A stretch of 64,000 nucleotides of DNA from the NCBI GenBank assembly GCA_022562055.1, contig JADFQA010000009.1:17255-81254 (forward strand). The letters are read 5' to 3'. Below are positions 27,607 to 36,711 of this stretch, piece after piece. Source of the DNA: Acidobacteriota bacterium (lineage in GTDB: Bacteria; Actinomycetota; Acidimicrobiia; Spongiisociales; UBA5794). Both the position numbers and the translations under genes were made by a program. The stretch's first letter is position 1. Each line of letters opens with the position of its first letter. The notes beneath the pieces were generated by a model. The model saw only the letters and a list, made by a program, of their open reading frames with translations. It was not told where the DNA came from and ran no database searches.

Positions 27607-28497
27607 ATGAAACGACGTTTGTTCAAACCGGCTTTGGTTCTGGCAGTGATATCGGTGTCCTGTGCAACGGCCGCGCAACTCACTCCCTTGTCAACGCCGG
27701 TGTCGACGCGGATCGCTCCGGCGTCTACTTCGACGACATCCCAGACCGCGCCGGTTGCCGCGCAAAGTCCGAAGTCTCCCGATCTGATGCTTGTGTCGAG
27801 CGACTTCCCAGTTCGCCTCGGAGGCTTCGACTATTGCTGGCAGGCGGCCGGGGGCGAGTCCGCGGTGTGCGCCGATAGCTTCGGGACGGAGGTGCCGCTC
27901 GCCGCGACGGCCAACGACGGCTCCGTGGACCTCGAGTGGATGGTCGGTGGCACGCTCACAGCATGGTTCCGTCGCGATTCCGCCCAGTGTTCTGAGAAGC
28001 TTGCGCTCGCCGCACTCGGGTCCGGAAAGTGGCGGCTGTCCTTGCCTGAGGAGCCGGGAACATATCGCATCGATTTCAGCGGAGAGGCCCCGGCTGGAAA
28101 CACACGGTTCGCCGTGCTCATGACATCCACCGTTGGGGGGCCGGCCAGCAGCATCACTCCGTCGGTCGATTTATCCGTAAGCGTGGCGAAACAATTGCTC
28201 ACGGTTGAAGCAGAGTTTTCAGATCTCCGTATGGGGCCAGAGGCTGCGGTTGAGTTCCGCTCCGCTGACGCTGTGGTCTCGACGTGGACAATGTCGCTCT
28301 CCGAAAGCGGTCCTGGATGTGGTCGCTTTTTCGGCATCGTCGAGATCGAAGATATCACGGTCGTCGGCAAGCTTCCTTTGGACGGACTGCTGGTTGTGGA
28401 CGACGGACTCTCGCGATTCGAGTTGGCCTTCCGCTGGCCGGACGATTTTGTCGACAGCTACGTCACCGGTGCAATGCAGCGAAGGTCGAGTGAGTAG
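27607..28497 (+). CDS. Hypothetical exported protein or lipoprotein
   Basis: MKRRLFKPALVLAVISVSC, a Thr/Ser/Pro-rich linker, and a beta-rich domain with several Cys. Confidence 0.7.
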   Translation: MKRRLFKPALVLAVISVSCATAAQLTPLSTPVSTRIAPASTSTTSQTAPVAAQSPKSPDLMLVSSDFPVRLGGFDYCWQAAGGESAVCADSFGTEVPLAATANDGSVDLEWMVGGTLTAWFRRDSAQCSEKLALAALGSGKWRLSLPEEPGTYRIDFSGEAPAGNTRFAVLMTSTVGGPASSITPSVDLSVSVAKQLLTVEAEFSDLRMGPEAAVEFRSADAVVSTWTMSLSESGPGCGRFFGIVEIEDITVVGKLPLDGLLVVDDGLSRFELAFRWPDDFVDSYVTGAMQRRSSE

Positions 28498-28705
28498 GAG
28501 ACCAGTGACGGGGCCCATCGATTAGGTCGCAGCAGAGGACTCCATCGCCGACGATATCAAGCACGCCGTCGGTCCGATCGTCGAACCGGGCGATGGCATC
28601 GGGTTTTCGGGTAGATGCACAGGCCCTCGGCCGGATTTTTCTGCGAGTCGGTTGTGCTGCCGCACCCCGCGATCGCGACAGTAATCGGCACTGTTGTTTG
28701 GAAAG

Positions 28706-29947
28706 CTAGGGGCGGATGGTGGTCCGGATCTCTCCGAAACCTATACGGGGGGTGGTGGTGCCGCCAGCGTGGCCGCGGATTATCACCTCGTCACCGTCGA
28801 GGAGGAACGTGCGTTGCGTGCCGTCGTCGAGGGTGATCGGTTCAGCGCCGTTGCGGGTGATCTCGAGCAAACAACCAAGCGAATCGGGCGTGGGCCCCGA
28901 GATCGTGCCGGAGCCGTAGAGGTCGCCAGGGTTGATCAGTGTGCGATTTGAGGTGAGGTGCGCGAGCTGCTGCGACACGGTCCAATACATGTGACGAAAG
29001 TTCGAGTTCGAGACACGGTTCCCGTTCAGATCGACGCTCAGAGCAATGTCGAAACCAGCGCTTTTCGTGGCTGACAGATGAGGGAGCGGTTCGGGTTTTT
29101 GTTCGGATGGCGGCACGCGGGTATTGGCGAGTGCTTCGAGTTGCACGATCCAGGGGGCCGTCGTTGTGGCAAACGACTTCGCGTTGAACGGACCGAGCGG
29201 GCGGTACTCCCACGCTTGGATATCACGAGCGGACCAGTCGTTGAGAAGCATCAACCCAAAAATGTGGCTCTCAGCCTCGGCGACTTCGATCGGGTCGCCA
29301 CCGGGATTGGACGGGCCGGTCACAAAGGCCATCTCGAGTTCAAAGTCGAGTTTTTCCGTTGGTCCGAACACCGGGCCCCCTGGCCGCGGGAGTTGGCCGG
29401 ACGGTCTGCGAAGCGGTGTGCCCGACACGGAGACTGTCGAAGCTCGGCCGTGGTACGCAACGGGCAGATGGCGCCAGTTCGGCAGAAGTGCTTCGTCGTC
29501 TGGGCGAAAGAGCCTCCCGACGTTGGTCGCGTGATACGCCGACGAGTAGAAGTCAACAAAGTCGCCAATCCTCACAGGCAGGTGCATCGTTGCGTGGGAT
29601 TGGGGGATAAGCGCGGATCCAGCGATGGCCGCAAGACCGGCGCCCTCTTCGGCCAGAAGTTGCGACAGACGCCTCCTTACGTTGATCCACGTGTCTTTCC
29701 CGAGCGACAGGTAGTCGTTCAACGTCCCGGTCGCGAACACGTCATCGGGTAGGCCGAGCTCGTCGAGAAGGCCGCTGGACTGGAGGACCACCAAGTCAAT
29801 GACGTCTTGACCAATCGCGACCGCGCACCGACGGTCGCCTCCTGTGCTGAAGACTCCGAACGGAAGGTTCTGGATAGGAAAGTCGCTCTCTTGAGTGACC
29901 GGTACCCATGACGTCAACGCCGGGTCGAGTGTTGGGTCTGACGTCAC
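28706..29947 (-). CDS. fahA: Fumarylacetoacetase
   Basis: FPIQNLPFG, DFYSS..HATNVG, PVAYHGRAS, LDFELE, NDWSARDIQ..EY.PLGPF and GSGTISG. Confidence 0.95.
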   Translation of the reverse strand: MTSDPTLDPALTSWVPVTQESDFPIQNLPFGVFSTGGDRRCAVAIGQDVIDLVVLQSSGLLDELGLPDDVFATGTLNDYLSLGKDTWINVRRRLSQLLAEEGAGLAAIAGSALIPQSHATMHLPVRIGDFVDFYSSAYHATNVGRLFRPDDEALLPNWRHLPVAYHGRASTVSVSGTPLRRPSGQLPRPGGPVFGPTEKLDFELEMAFVTGPSNPGGDPIEVAEAESHIFGLMLLNDWSARDIQAWEYRPLGPFNAKSFATTTAPWIVQLEALANTRVPPSEQKPEPLPHLSATKSAGFDIALSVDLNGNRVSNSNFRHMYWTVSQQLAHLTSNRTLINPGDLYGSGTISGPTPDSLGCLLEITRNGAEPITLDDGTQRTFLLDGDEVIIRGHAGGTTTPRIGFGEIRTTIRP

Positions 29948-30909
29948 GGCCGCTCCTTCGGGAGTAGGACCAGCGGCCTCGGCAGCAACTCAAGGGATCG
30001 GAGGTCTTCGGTCGGTTCCTCGAAGCTGCAGCTTCCGTAGGACGGGAACAGCGCGGTCCTGATCCGCTGTAGTGCTGGGATGTCGAAGGTTGTGTCACCG
30101 ACCGTCATACCGGCGACACCAATGTGGAACTGGTGGTCCTGCGATCTCGAGAGGGCCGCAACGATGGTCTCCCGCGTCGCCCCGTGGTCCGCGAGCGCAG
30201 CGGCGGCGAGCAGGTTGATGAAACCGTGACGTTCCACGCCCAGATCCGCCCACTTGTGTCGATATGGGTGGTGCAGACCGGCAGTTGCCTTGAACGGAAC
30301 TCCGTGTGTGGCGCATGCGATCACGAAGTCGGCGACCTCGCCGAGGCTTGGGAACGCCGCGGCGGTCGCCCCGCCGGTGCGCAGCTTGGCGCCGAGCGTG
30401 CGGTGTCGGTCGGTCGTTTCGTTGGCGATTGCCGGAACCACAATATCTAGGGTGGTCTGCCAGGACTCCGTCCGCGGTATTTCGAAGAAAGGCACAACGG
30501 TCGGGGAGATCGAGCACGCTGCGTCGATGTATGGCACGATGTCGGGGCGCCCGGATGTAAGTGCGAACTCAGACGGTAGCGGCACTTCGGTGAATACGAT
30601 CTGTACCGCCGACCCCATCTCTGCGGCGAATACCTGCGTCGTCGCTGCCGCGCTCGCAACGTCGCCGTCGAGGATCACGGCGAGCGGCCATGGCGCCTCA
30701 CCGTTCTCCATTGTTGGTATCAGCGAGGCGGCAAGTTCGGCAAGACGGCTTGCCGGGCAGATGAACCTGCCGGCAATCCATGCCTCAGGCGAGCTGCGTG
30801 CGTTGCGGTACCCGGCTATCGCGTCGTCCATCGCCAGCGATGCCGGTGGGAACAGTCCGGCGTAGTCGACGAGTCCTTCGAACAGGACGCGCCGTGCGTC
30901 TAGGAACAT
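29944..30909 (-). CDS. Conserved hypothetical protein between hmgA and fahA
   Basis: FEGLVDYAGLFPPA, KLRTGG, PFKATAGLHHP, HGFINL and YGSCSFEEP. Coupled to fahA by a GTGA overlap. Confidence 0.8.
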   Translation of the reverse strand: MFLDARRVLFEGLVDYAGLFPPASLAMDDAIAGYRNARSSPEAWIAGRFICPASRLAELAASLIPTMENGEAPWPLAVILDGDVASAAATTQVFAAEMGSAVQIVFTEVPLPSEFALTSGRPDIVPYIDAACSISPTVVPFFEIPRTESWQTTLDIVVPAIANETTDRHRTLGAKLRTGGATAAAFPSLGEVADFVIACATHGVPFKATAGLHHPYRHKWADLGVERHGFINLLAAAALADHGATRETIVAALSRSQDHQFHIGVAGMTVGDTTFDIPALQRIRTALFPSYGSCSFEEPTEDLRSLELLPRPLVLLPKERP

Positions 30910-30934
30910 GGCGCTGGGATCCAGGTGTGCAATA

Positions 30935-32089
30935 TCATGTCTGCCAGCTCGAAAGGTATGCGGGATCCTCGCAGTCGAAGCCCGAAGTTCCAATGTCGAG
31001 CGGTCGGAAGGTGTCAATCATGACAGCGATTTCCTCAGTTCCCGCCTTACCGATTCCGGCCTCGACAGACCCAGGCTGTGGGCCGTGTGTGTGGCCGGCC
31101 GGGTGCAGTGAGAGGGAGCCTTGCGCGATCCCGGACCCTTTTCTCGACATGAAGTCACCGTCCATGTAGAACAGAACCTCGTCCGAATCGACGTTGGCGT
31201 GGTGGTACGGGACCGCAATCGCGAGCGGGTGGTAGTCGAACAGCCGCGGCACGAACGAACACACCACCAGGTTCGGCGCCTCGAACGTTTGGTGCACCGT
31301 TGGTGGTTGGTGGATGCGGCCGGTGATTGGCTCGAAATCGAATATCGAGAATGTGTGCGGGTAGAGACATCCGTCCCATCCCACGACATCGAACGGGTGG
31401 TTCTCAAACACGAACCGTGACGTCCCGCCGCGGTGTTTGACCAGCACGGGCACGTCCGTGCCTTCTTCGAGGAGGGGTTCGGTGGGTCCGTGGAGGTCCC
31501 GCTCGCAGTACGGGGCGTGTTCGAGGAACTGACCATGGCGTGACAAGTACCGCTTCGGTGGGGTGATGTGGCCGGTCGTTTCGAGGATCAGCGCCCGCAC
31601 TGTGTCTGACGTGATTACCCATCGGTGGATCGTTGATGCCGGGATGATGACGTAGTCGCCCCGCTTGAAGGGGAGCCTACCGAACGTCGAGTCGAGGAAA
31701 CCCTCGCCGTGCTCGATGAAAACCATTTCGTCCCCAATGGCGTTCTTGTACAAACCCGATGTAGTGGACACATGGGCGTACGAGATCCGGCAGTCGTTGT
31801 TCCCCATCAGCAGGTTGCGACCCTCGACGAGGTCGTGCGTCACTCCCAACTTATGTGACCGCATGTGGCGCGGCATCAACGGGCGGTTCGGTTCGAGTGT
31901 CTCGTGGCTCAGCGATAGCGATTCAATGCTCTTCATCGCGGTTGGGCGGGTCTTGTGATAGAGCAGCGCCGAGTCGAAGGAGAAACCCTCTTCGCCCATG
32001 AGTTCTTCGGTGTACAGGGAGCCGTCTTCTTGTCTGAATTGAGTGTGACGTTTTGGTGGAATCTCGCCGACGCTGCGGTAATACGGCAT
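30935..32089 (-). CDS. hmgA: Homogentisate 1,2-dioxygenase
   Basis: HPFDVVGWDG, HQPP.VHQTF, CSFVPR, Fe-ligand region PYHH.N.DSDE and LHPAGHTHGP. Confidence 0.95.
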   Translation of the reverse strand: MPYYRSVGEIPPKRHTQFRQEDGSLYTEELMGEEGFSFDSALLYHKTRPTAMKSIESLSLSHETLEPNRPLMPRHMRSHKLGVTHDLVEGRNLLMGNNDCRISYAHVSTTSGLYKNAIGDEMVFIEHGEGFLDSTFGRLPFKRGDYVIIPASTIHRWVITSDTVRALILETTGHITPPKRYLSRHGQFLEHAPYCERDLHGPTEPLLEEGTDVPVLVKHRGGTSRFVFENHPFDVVGWDGCLYPHTFSIFDFEPITGRIHQPPTVHQTFEAPNLVVCSFVPRLFDYHPLAIAVPYHHANVDSDEVLFYMDGDFMSRKGSGIAQGSLSLHPAGHTHGPQPGSVEAGIGKAGTEEIAVMIDTFRPLDIGTSGFDCEDPAYLSSWQT

Positions 32090-32091
32090 GA

Positions 32092-32799
32092 CTATCTCCT
32101 TACGAGTTTCTGTCGGGGTGGTGTTGCTGTTGCTGCGGATGCGACAAGTGCGATCGCGGGGCCAAGTTCTGCAATGGGTGGTAGCCGGTTTGTCGGTGCG
32201 ACGATGCCGATCGACGCGACGGCCGTTCCCGTGTGATCGAGGACCGGTGCCGCTATACCCGTGACGCCAGGCTCGATTTCGTCGTGGGAGACCGCAAAAC
32301 CTGCAATGCGGACTTGTTCGACTTGTGCTTCGGTCTCGCTGTTGAGTCGTAGTGTGAGACGATTCGGATGAAACGCGAGAATTGCGCGCCCGTGCGCCCC
32401 AACTGTCATGTGGTGAGAGGACCCGACGCGGTAGTCGACCCTAACCATGCGACCAGACGCCACCACTTGGTCGGTGGCGATGGCGAAAGCGCCGTCGGGT
32501 ATTGCAACGAGCGCGGTCTCGTTCCATATATCCGCCAACCTAACGATGGCAGGTCGGAGGGCGTCGGTTACGTTGCTCGTAGCCCTGCGAGCCAGGTCGA
32601 GGATCCCACTGCCGAGGACCCACCCGGTCTCGCTCTGGCGAACCAAGTCTCCGTATTCGAGCGACCGTAGACATCTGAGCACGGCCTGTCGGCTCGCACC
32701 GAGATCCTGCGAGATGCCGGTCGCCGTTGCAAGCGCGGCGTCGGGGATGTGGTGGAGCACACGCAACGCAAGATCCACGGTCTTGGATGTCTCTGCCAT
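32092..32799 (-). CDS. IclR-family transcriptional regulator
   Basis: N-terminal winged HTH, GAHGRAILAF and EIEPGVTGIAAPV. Confidence 0.92.
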   Translation of the reverse strand: MAETSKTVDLALRVLHHIPDAALATATGISQDLGASRQAVLRCLRSLEYGDLVRQSETGWVLGSGILDLARRATSNVTDALRPAIVRLADIWNETALVAIPDGAFAIATDQVVASGRMVRVDYRVGSSHHMTVGAHGRAILAFHPNRLTLRLNSETEAQVEQVRIAGFAVSHDEIEPGVTGIAAPVLDHTGTAVASIGIVAPTNRLPPIAELGPAIALVASAATATPPRQKLVRR

Positions 32800-32817
32800 G
32801 TCATCACTCTAGAGACC

Positions 32818-32856
32818 GCGTCCGTATTATTCAATCGGGCGTCCGTATAACGGACG
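32818..32856. promoter_or_regulatory. IclR (PobR/PcaU-like) operator: palindrome plus an extra half-site
   Basis: CGTCCGTATAACGGACG at 32840-32856, with a direct-repeat half-site GCGTCCGTAT at 32818 and 32839. Confidence 0.7.
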
Positions 32857-32968
32857 AATCTCCTCAGTTGGCGCACTAGCCACTTTGACCAACCAAAAAC
32901 GGGTCTACCGCGGTAGCCCGTGGTGGCCTACGGTGCTAGTGGTGCGGTGAGGAAAAGGGAGTGCTGGT

Positions 32969-33685
32969 GTGGCAGCGCAAGTGAAGGCCCCGAACGTGGT
33001 GATCCCACTGCAGGCCTTGTTTGAGGTGATGAGCGACGGCGTGCTCATTACCGACGTTCATGGGCAGCGGTCGTACTCGAACCGTGCTCTCAACAATCTC
33101 GTTGGCGGGGACGCCCGTGACCCGATCGGCTCTAACGAACCACCCAGTTGGCTGCCAACCGACCAGCACGACCGCTACCGGTCCCTGGTCTCCTCGATCC
33201 GCAAGGGCGGCCTGTACGATGCGACCTTGTCGCTCGAGTGGACAGTGTTGTCCAAGAGCGGCCCGTCGCGTTCGGTCGCCATCCAGATCATCCCGATGAA
33301 CGGGTCTGGCAGCGCAGTGAGTGCGTTGCTCTGGCTGATCATTGCGTCCGAGCCGGTACCTGTGGCAACGGGTCCGGCGCGGCTTGCCCAGTTGGAGGAG
33401 TCGCTGCGGCGTATCGCCGGGGAGGTAACGCGTGCCGGGCTTGATGTTGCGCGAGTCGTTAACACCCGGTCGCTAGATCACGACGAGCTTGCATCCCTTT
33501 CCCGACGCGAGCGCGAGGTGCTTGGGCAACTTCTCGAAGGCCACAGGGTTATCTCGATTGCGCGAGAACTCGGTGTATCGGAGCACACGGTTCGTAACCA
33601 CATTAAGTCGATGTTCCGCAAGGTGGATGTGCACTCGCAGGCGGAATTGGTGTCCCTCGTCCGTAGGATTCAGAACGCCGGCTGA
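32969..33685 (+). CDS. PAS-LuxR HTH transcriptional regulator
   Basis: PAS-like DGVLITD..G...YSN..L and C-terminal LSRREREVL...IARELGVSEHTVRNHIKSMFRKVDVHSQAEL. Confidence 0.9.
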   Translation: MAAQVKAPNVVIPLQALFEVMSDGVLITDVHGQRSYSNRALNNLVGGDARDPIGSNEPPSWLPTDQHDRYRSLVSSIRKGGLYDATLSLEWTVLSKSGPSRSVAIQIIPMNGSGSAVSALLWLIIASEPVPVATGPARLAQLEESLRRIAGEVTRAGLDVARVVNTRSLDHDELASLSRREREVLGQLLEGHRVISIARELGVSEHTVRNHIKSMFRKVDVHSQAELVSLVRRIQNAG

Positions 33686-33718
33686 GGAGCGACCGTTCGG
33701 GTCTGGCATACTTGAACC

Positions 33719-34633
33719 ATGGATGTGCAGCTTGTCGAGGTCGGACCGCGAGATGGTCTGCAAAACGAATCCGCGATTCTTGACACCAAAACGAAGGTGG
33801 CATTGGTCCGTCGGTTGATGGACGCTGGAGCGACGCGGATCGAGGTTGCATCGTTCGTGCACCCTCGGCTGGTACCGCAAATGGCCGACGCCGAGAATGT
33901 GTGTGCCGCTCTCCCTGAGAGCCAATACGTCTCCTACATCGGGGTTGTCCTCAACGGTCGCGGTTTGGACCGAGCGCTGTCCACCAACGTCAACGAAGTC
34001 AACTTTGTCGTCGCTGCAAGCGAGGAGTTCTCTGAGCGAAACCAGGGTGCAGCGTTAGAGGAAGCCGTTTCGGAAGTCGAGCGGATGATACCCGTTGCCC
34101 GAGGAGCCGACAGGTTTGTGACTGTCACGATAAGCGTTGCTTTCGGGTGCCCGTTCGAAGGCGAGGTCGACCCCGCAACGGTGATCCGCCTTGCTGAGCG
34201 GGCGGTGGCTGCCGGTGCACAAGAAGTCGCGCTTGGCGACACCATCGGGGTTGCGGTGCCAAGCGACGTGTCGAGAATCGTGCCGCAGCTCCAGGACGCC
34301 ATTGGGGACTCGGTGTTGCGTGTGCATTTTCACGACACCCGCCGGACGGGTCTCGGCAACGTAGCGGAAGCGTTGCGTCTGGGTGTCCGCGTCGTCGATG
34401 CCTCTGTTGGTGGCGCTGGCGGTTGCCCGTTTGCGCCACAGGCGACAGGGAATGTTGCGACCGAGGACGTGCTCTATTTGTTTGAGCGGGCCGGCTACGA
34501 ACATGGCATCGACGGAGGTGCCATTGTCGAAACTGGCCGTTGGCTCGGCGATCAACTCGGCGTCAAGCTGCCCGCAGCGATCGCTCGTTCTGGCGGGTTC
34601 CCCACTGGGCGTGCGTCGGATGAACAGGAGTAA
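33719..34633 (+). CDS. hmgL: Hydroxymethylglutaryl-CoA lyase
   Basis: EVGPRDGLQNE, AFGCPFEG, LGDTIG, HFHDT and GGCPFAP.ATGNVATED. Confidence 0.93.
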   Translation: MDVQLVEVGPRDGLQNESAILDTKTKVALVRRLMDAGATRIEVASFVHPRLVPQMADAENVCAALPESQYVSYIGVVLNGRGLDRALSTNVNEVNFVVAASEEFSERNQGAALEEAVSEVERMIPVARGADRFVTVTISVAFGCPFEGEVDPATVIRLAERAVAAGAQEVALGDTIGVAVPSDVSRIVPQLQDAIGDSVLRVHFHDTRRTGLGNVAEALRLGVRVVDASVGGAGGCPFAPQATGNVATEDVLYLFERAGYEHGIDGGAIVETGRWLGDQLGVKLPAAIARSGGFPTGRASDEQE

Positions 34634-34642
34634 CGTTCACTC

Positions 34643-35485
34643 ATGCCCATGCCCATTTGTTTTCTCTCCGATCTGGGTCACACGCCCGAGCACGTTGGTG
34701 TTGCGCACGGCGTCATCGGCCGCATAGATCCATCGCTCACGGTCATAGACATAACGCACGAGATCCCCTCCGGGAACGTGCGAGCAGGAGCGCTCGCCCT
34801 GCTGCGCACCGTCCAGTACTTGCCGGAGGGTGTGATTCTCGGTTGTGTGAATCCGCTGGGTTCCCGCCTCATTGCGGCGCGGACTCCCGCTGGCATCTTT
34901 GTCGGACCCGATAACGGCCTGCTGGCTCCAGCGGTCGCGATGGTCGGTGGGGCAGACAAAATCGTTTCGATCGAGTCTGACGAGTTTCGAATCCCCTCGT
35001 CGGGTGAGACCTTGGTCCTTCGCGACGTTCTTGCTCCGGCCGCTGCAGCGCTGGCATCCGGCCAAGCGGTCATCGATGATCTCGGACCGGTTCGTACACC
35101 CGAGTCGGTGACACCGCTCATCCTTCCTCTTGTTGACCACACCGAATCCGGCGTCGTTGGGGAAATACTCTGGGTAGATGGCGATGGCACGGCCCAATCC
35201 AACGTGTCACCTGCCGATCTCAACATGATCGACGTTGCTGAGGGTGACGAGGTGGTGGTGCGTGTCGGGGCAATCGAGCATCGGATCACGTGGGTCGACG
35301 ATCGGCGTTCCGTTGGCGGCGGCGACGGGTATTTGTTTACGGACTCCTTCGGGCAGATCGCCATCGGCGTGACCGGCGGATCAGCGGCTGAGTACTACGC
35401 CCTTGAAGAGCGGATTGCAGTGACGTTTCGACGAGCCGAGCGAGGCATTCCGATCTCTGTTGCTCCGAGAAGGGCAGACGGATGA
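34643..35485 (+). CDS. SAM hydrolase / chlorinase-fluorinase (DUF62) family protein with a divergent active site
   Basis: LSDLG, DITHEI, FVGPDNGLL and RDVLAP are present. VNP replaces VDPG and TLVLRD replaces TFHGRD. Confidence 0.85.
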   Translation: MPMPICFLSDLGHTPEHVGVAHGVIGRIDPSLTVIDITHEIPSGNVRAGALALLRTVQYLPEGVILGCVNPLGSRLIAARTPAGIFVGPDNGLLAPAVAMVGGADKIVSIESDEFRIPSSGETLVLRDVLAPAAAALASGQAVIDDLGPVRTPESVTPLILPLVDHTESGVVGEILWVDGDGTAQSNVSPADLNMIDVAEGDEVVVRVGAIEHRITWVDDRRSVGGGDGYLFTDSFGQIAIGVTGGSAAEYYALEERIAVTFRRAERGIPISVAPRRADG

Positions 35486-35532
35486 ATCGAAGGTTGGCAT
35501 GCGCTGCCTCCTGATCCCACGCCGTCGGGTTC

Positions 35533-35625
35533 TCAGACGATCCCGCGTAGGTAGATGTTGATCACGAATGCACCCATAATCAGAGCGAGTAGGACCATGA
35601 GGACGAGAGACGTTGCTGGACGCAT
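35533..35625 (-). CDS. Putative 30-aa single-TM small protein
   Basis: MRPATSLVLMVLLALIMGAFVINIYLRGIV* fills the gap between the DUF62 and glutaredoxin-like genes. Confidence 0.5.
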   Translation of the reverse strand: MRPATSLVLMVLLALIMGAFVINIYLRGIV

Positions 35626-35649
35626 AGTTGCAAGGTTAGTGGTGCGCTA

Positions 35650-35913
35650 GTGAACAGATCCGTCGTTATCTTCGTAACCAGAGATGGCTGCGCGTTGTGC
35701 GATGAGTTGTTCGAGCGAGTTGTCAACCAGGCCAAACATCTCGGTGTCGAGGTGACTACCGTTGATGTCGACGCCGACCCGGACCTTCTCGCCCGTTTCG
35801 GGCACGCGGTGCCTGTGTTGATGCGTGCCGGCGGAAAGGTGCTCGCCTCCGGCCGTGTATCTTCGGTGGATGTGTGGGTTGCACTCATAAGGGCGAAGTT
35901 CTCGCCAAAGTAG
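35650..35913 (+). CDS. Glutaredoxin-like protein (DUF836)
   Basis: FVTRDGCALCD (CxxC), VDVDADPDLLARFG..VPVL; upstream of rex. Confidence 0.8.
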   Translation: MNRSVVIFVTRDGCALCDELFERVVNQAKHLGVEVTTVDVDADPDLLARFGHAVPVLMRAGGKVLASGRVSSVDVWVALIRAKFSPK

Positions 35914-35955
35914 GCGCTTAGGATTTCAGTGGCGAGGACCAGGGCTATCCTCCGC

Positions 35956-35973
35956 TTGTGAAAAATATCACAA
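35956..35973. promoter_or_regulatory. Rex operator overlapping the rex start codon
   Basis: TTGTGAAAAATATCACAA has 1 mismatch to TTGTGAA-N4-TTCACAA and contains the GTG start. Confidence 0.75.
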
Positions 35974-36593
35974 TCCCGTCCGCAACGATTTCACGTCTCC
36001 CGGTGTACCTGAGGTCGTTGGGTGACATCGCAACCGCGCAGACCACGATCAGCTCGATCCAGCTTGCGGAGATAGCGGGTGTTAACGCGGCTCAGGTGCG
36101 CAAAGACCTCTCGAATCTAGGAGCTACTGGTGTTCGAGGCGTCGGGTACAGCGTCGCGGATCTACGCCTGGACCTTCGCGAGGCTCTCGGCCTCACCCAC
36201 GGCTACCACGTGGCGATCGTCGGCGCAGGCAACCTTGGAGCTGCCCTTGCCAACTACGGCGGTTTCGCCTCCTGGGGATTCGAGGTCGGCGCGGTATTCG
36301 ACACCGACCCGCACAAAATCGGCGAGACCATCGGCGACCTCACAATCGACGACCTTGTCCATCTGGGAACCATTGTGAAGCAGCGTGGCATTGAGATTGG
36401 CATCGTCGCGACACCCGCTAGTGGAGCGCAAGATGTTGTGAATCGTTTCGTGGACGCGGGTATCCGCTCCATACTCAACTTCGCGCCCGCGGTAGTGCAC
36501 GTCCCCGCCGACGTCGCGTTGCGCAGAGTCGATCTCTCAACCGAGCTCCAGATCCTCACCTACCACCTACATCATCGCAAGGCCGCCGGGTAG
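35958..36593 (+). CDS. rex: Redox-sensing transcriptional repressor Rex
   Basis: IPSATISRLPVYLR, QVRKDLS..G..G.RG.GY, IVGAGNLG and ILNFAP. Confidence 0.97.
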   Translation: MKNITIPSATISRLPVYLRSLGDIATAQTTISSIQLAEIAGVNAAQVRKDLSNLGATGVRGVGYSVADLRLDLREALGLTHGYHVAIVGAGNLGAALANYGGFASWGFEVGAVFDTDPHKIGETIGDLTIDDLVHLGTIVKQRGIEIGIVATPASGAQDVVNRFVDAGIRSILNFAPAVVHVPADVALRRVDLSTELQILTYHLHHRKAAG

Positions 36594-36711
36594 ACGCCGC
36601 GCAGGCGAACACATCTTCTGAGATCTACCAAAGTCAGAATCCCGGATCGATTTGGCGGCCTGCTGAGTTGCGCCGGACAGCCGCTCAGACCTCCGCTACT
36701 CGGGGACCCGA

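Noticed and set aside
28498-28705. Possible lipoprotein remnant (VAIAGCG) downstream of fahA
   Set aside because: No start or RBS, short frame and no recognisable family.
26120-35485. Fluorinase plus Fluc organofluorine pathway
   Set aside because: The genes are 8 kb apart with unrelated operons between, the DUF62 protein lacks fluorinase features, and the Fluc looks truncated.
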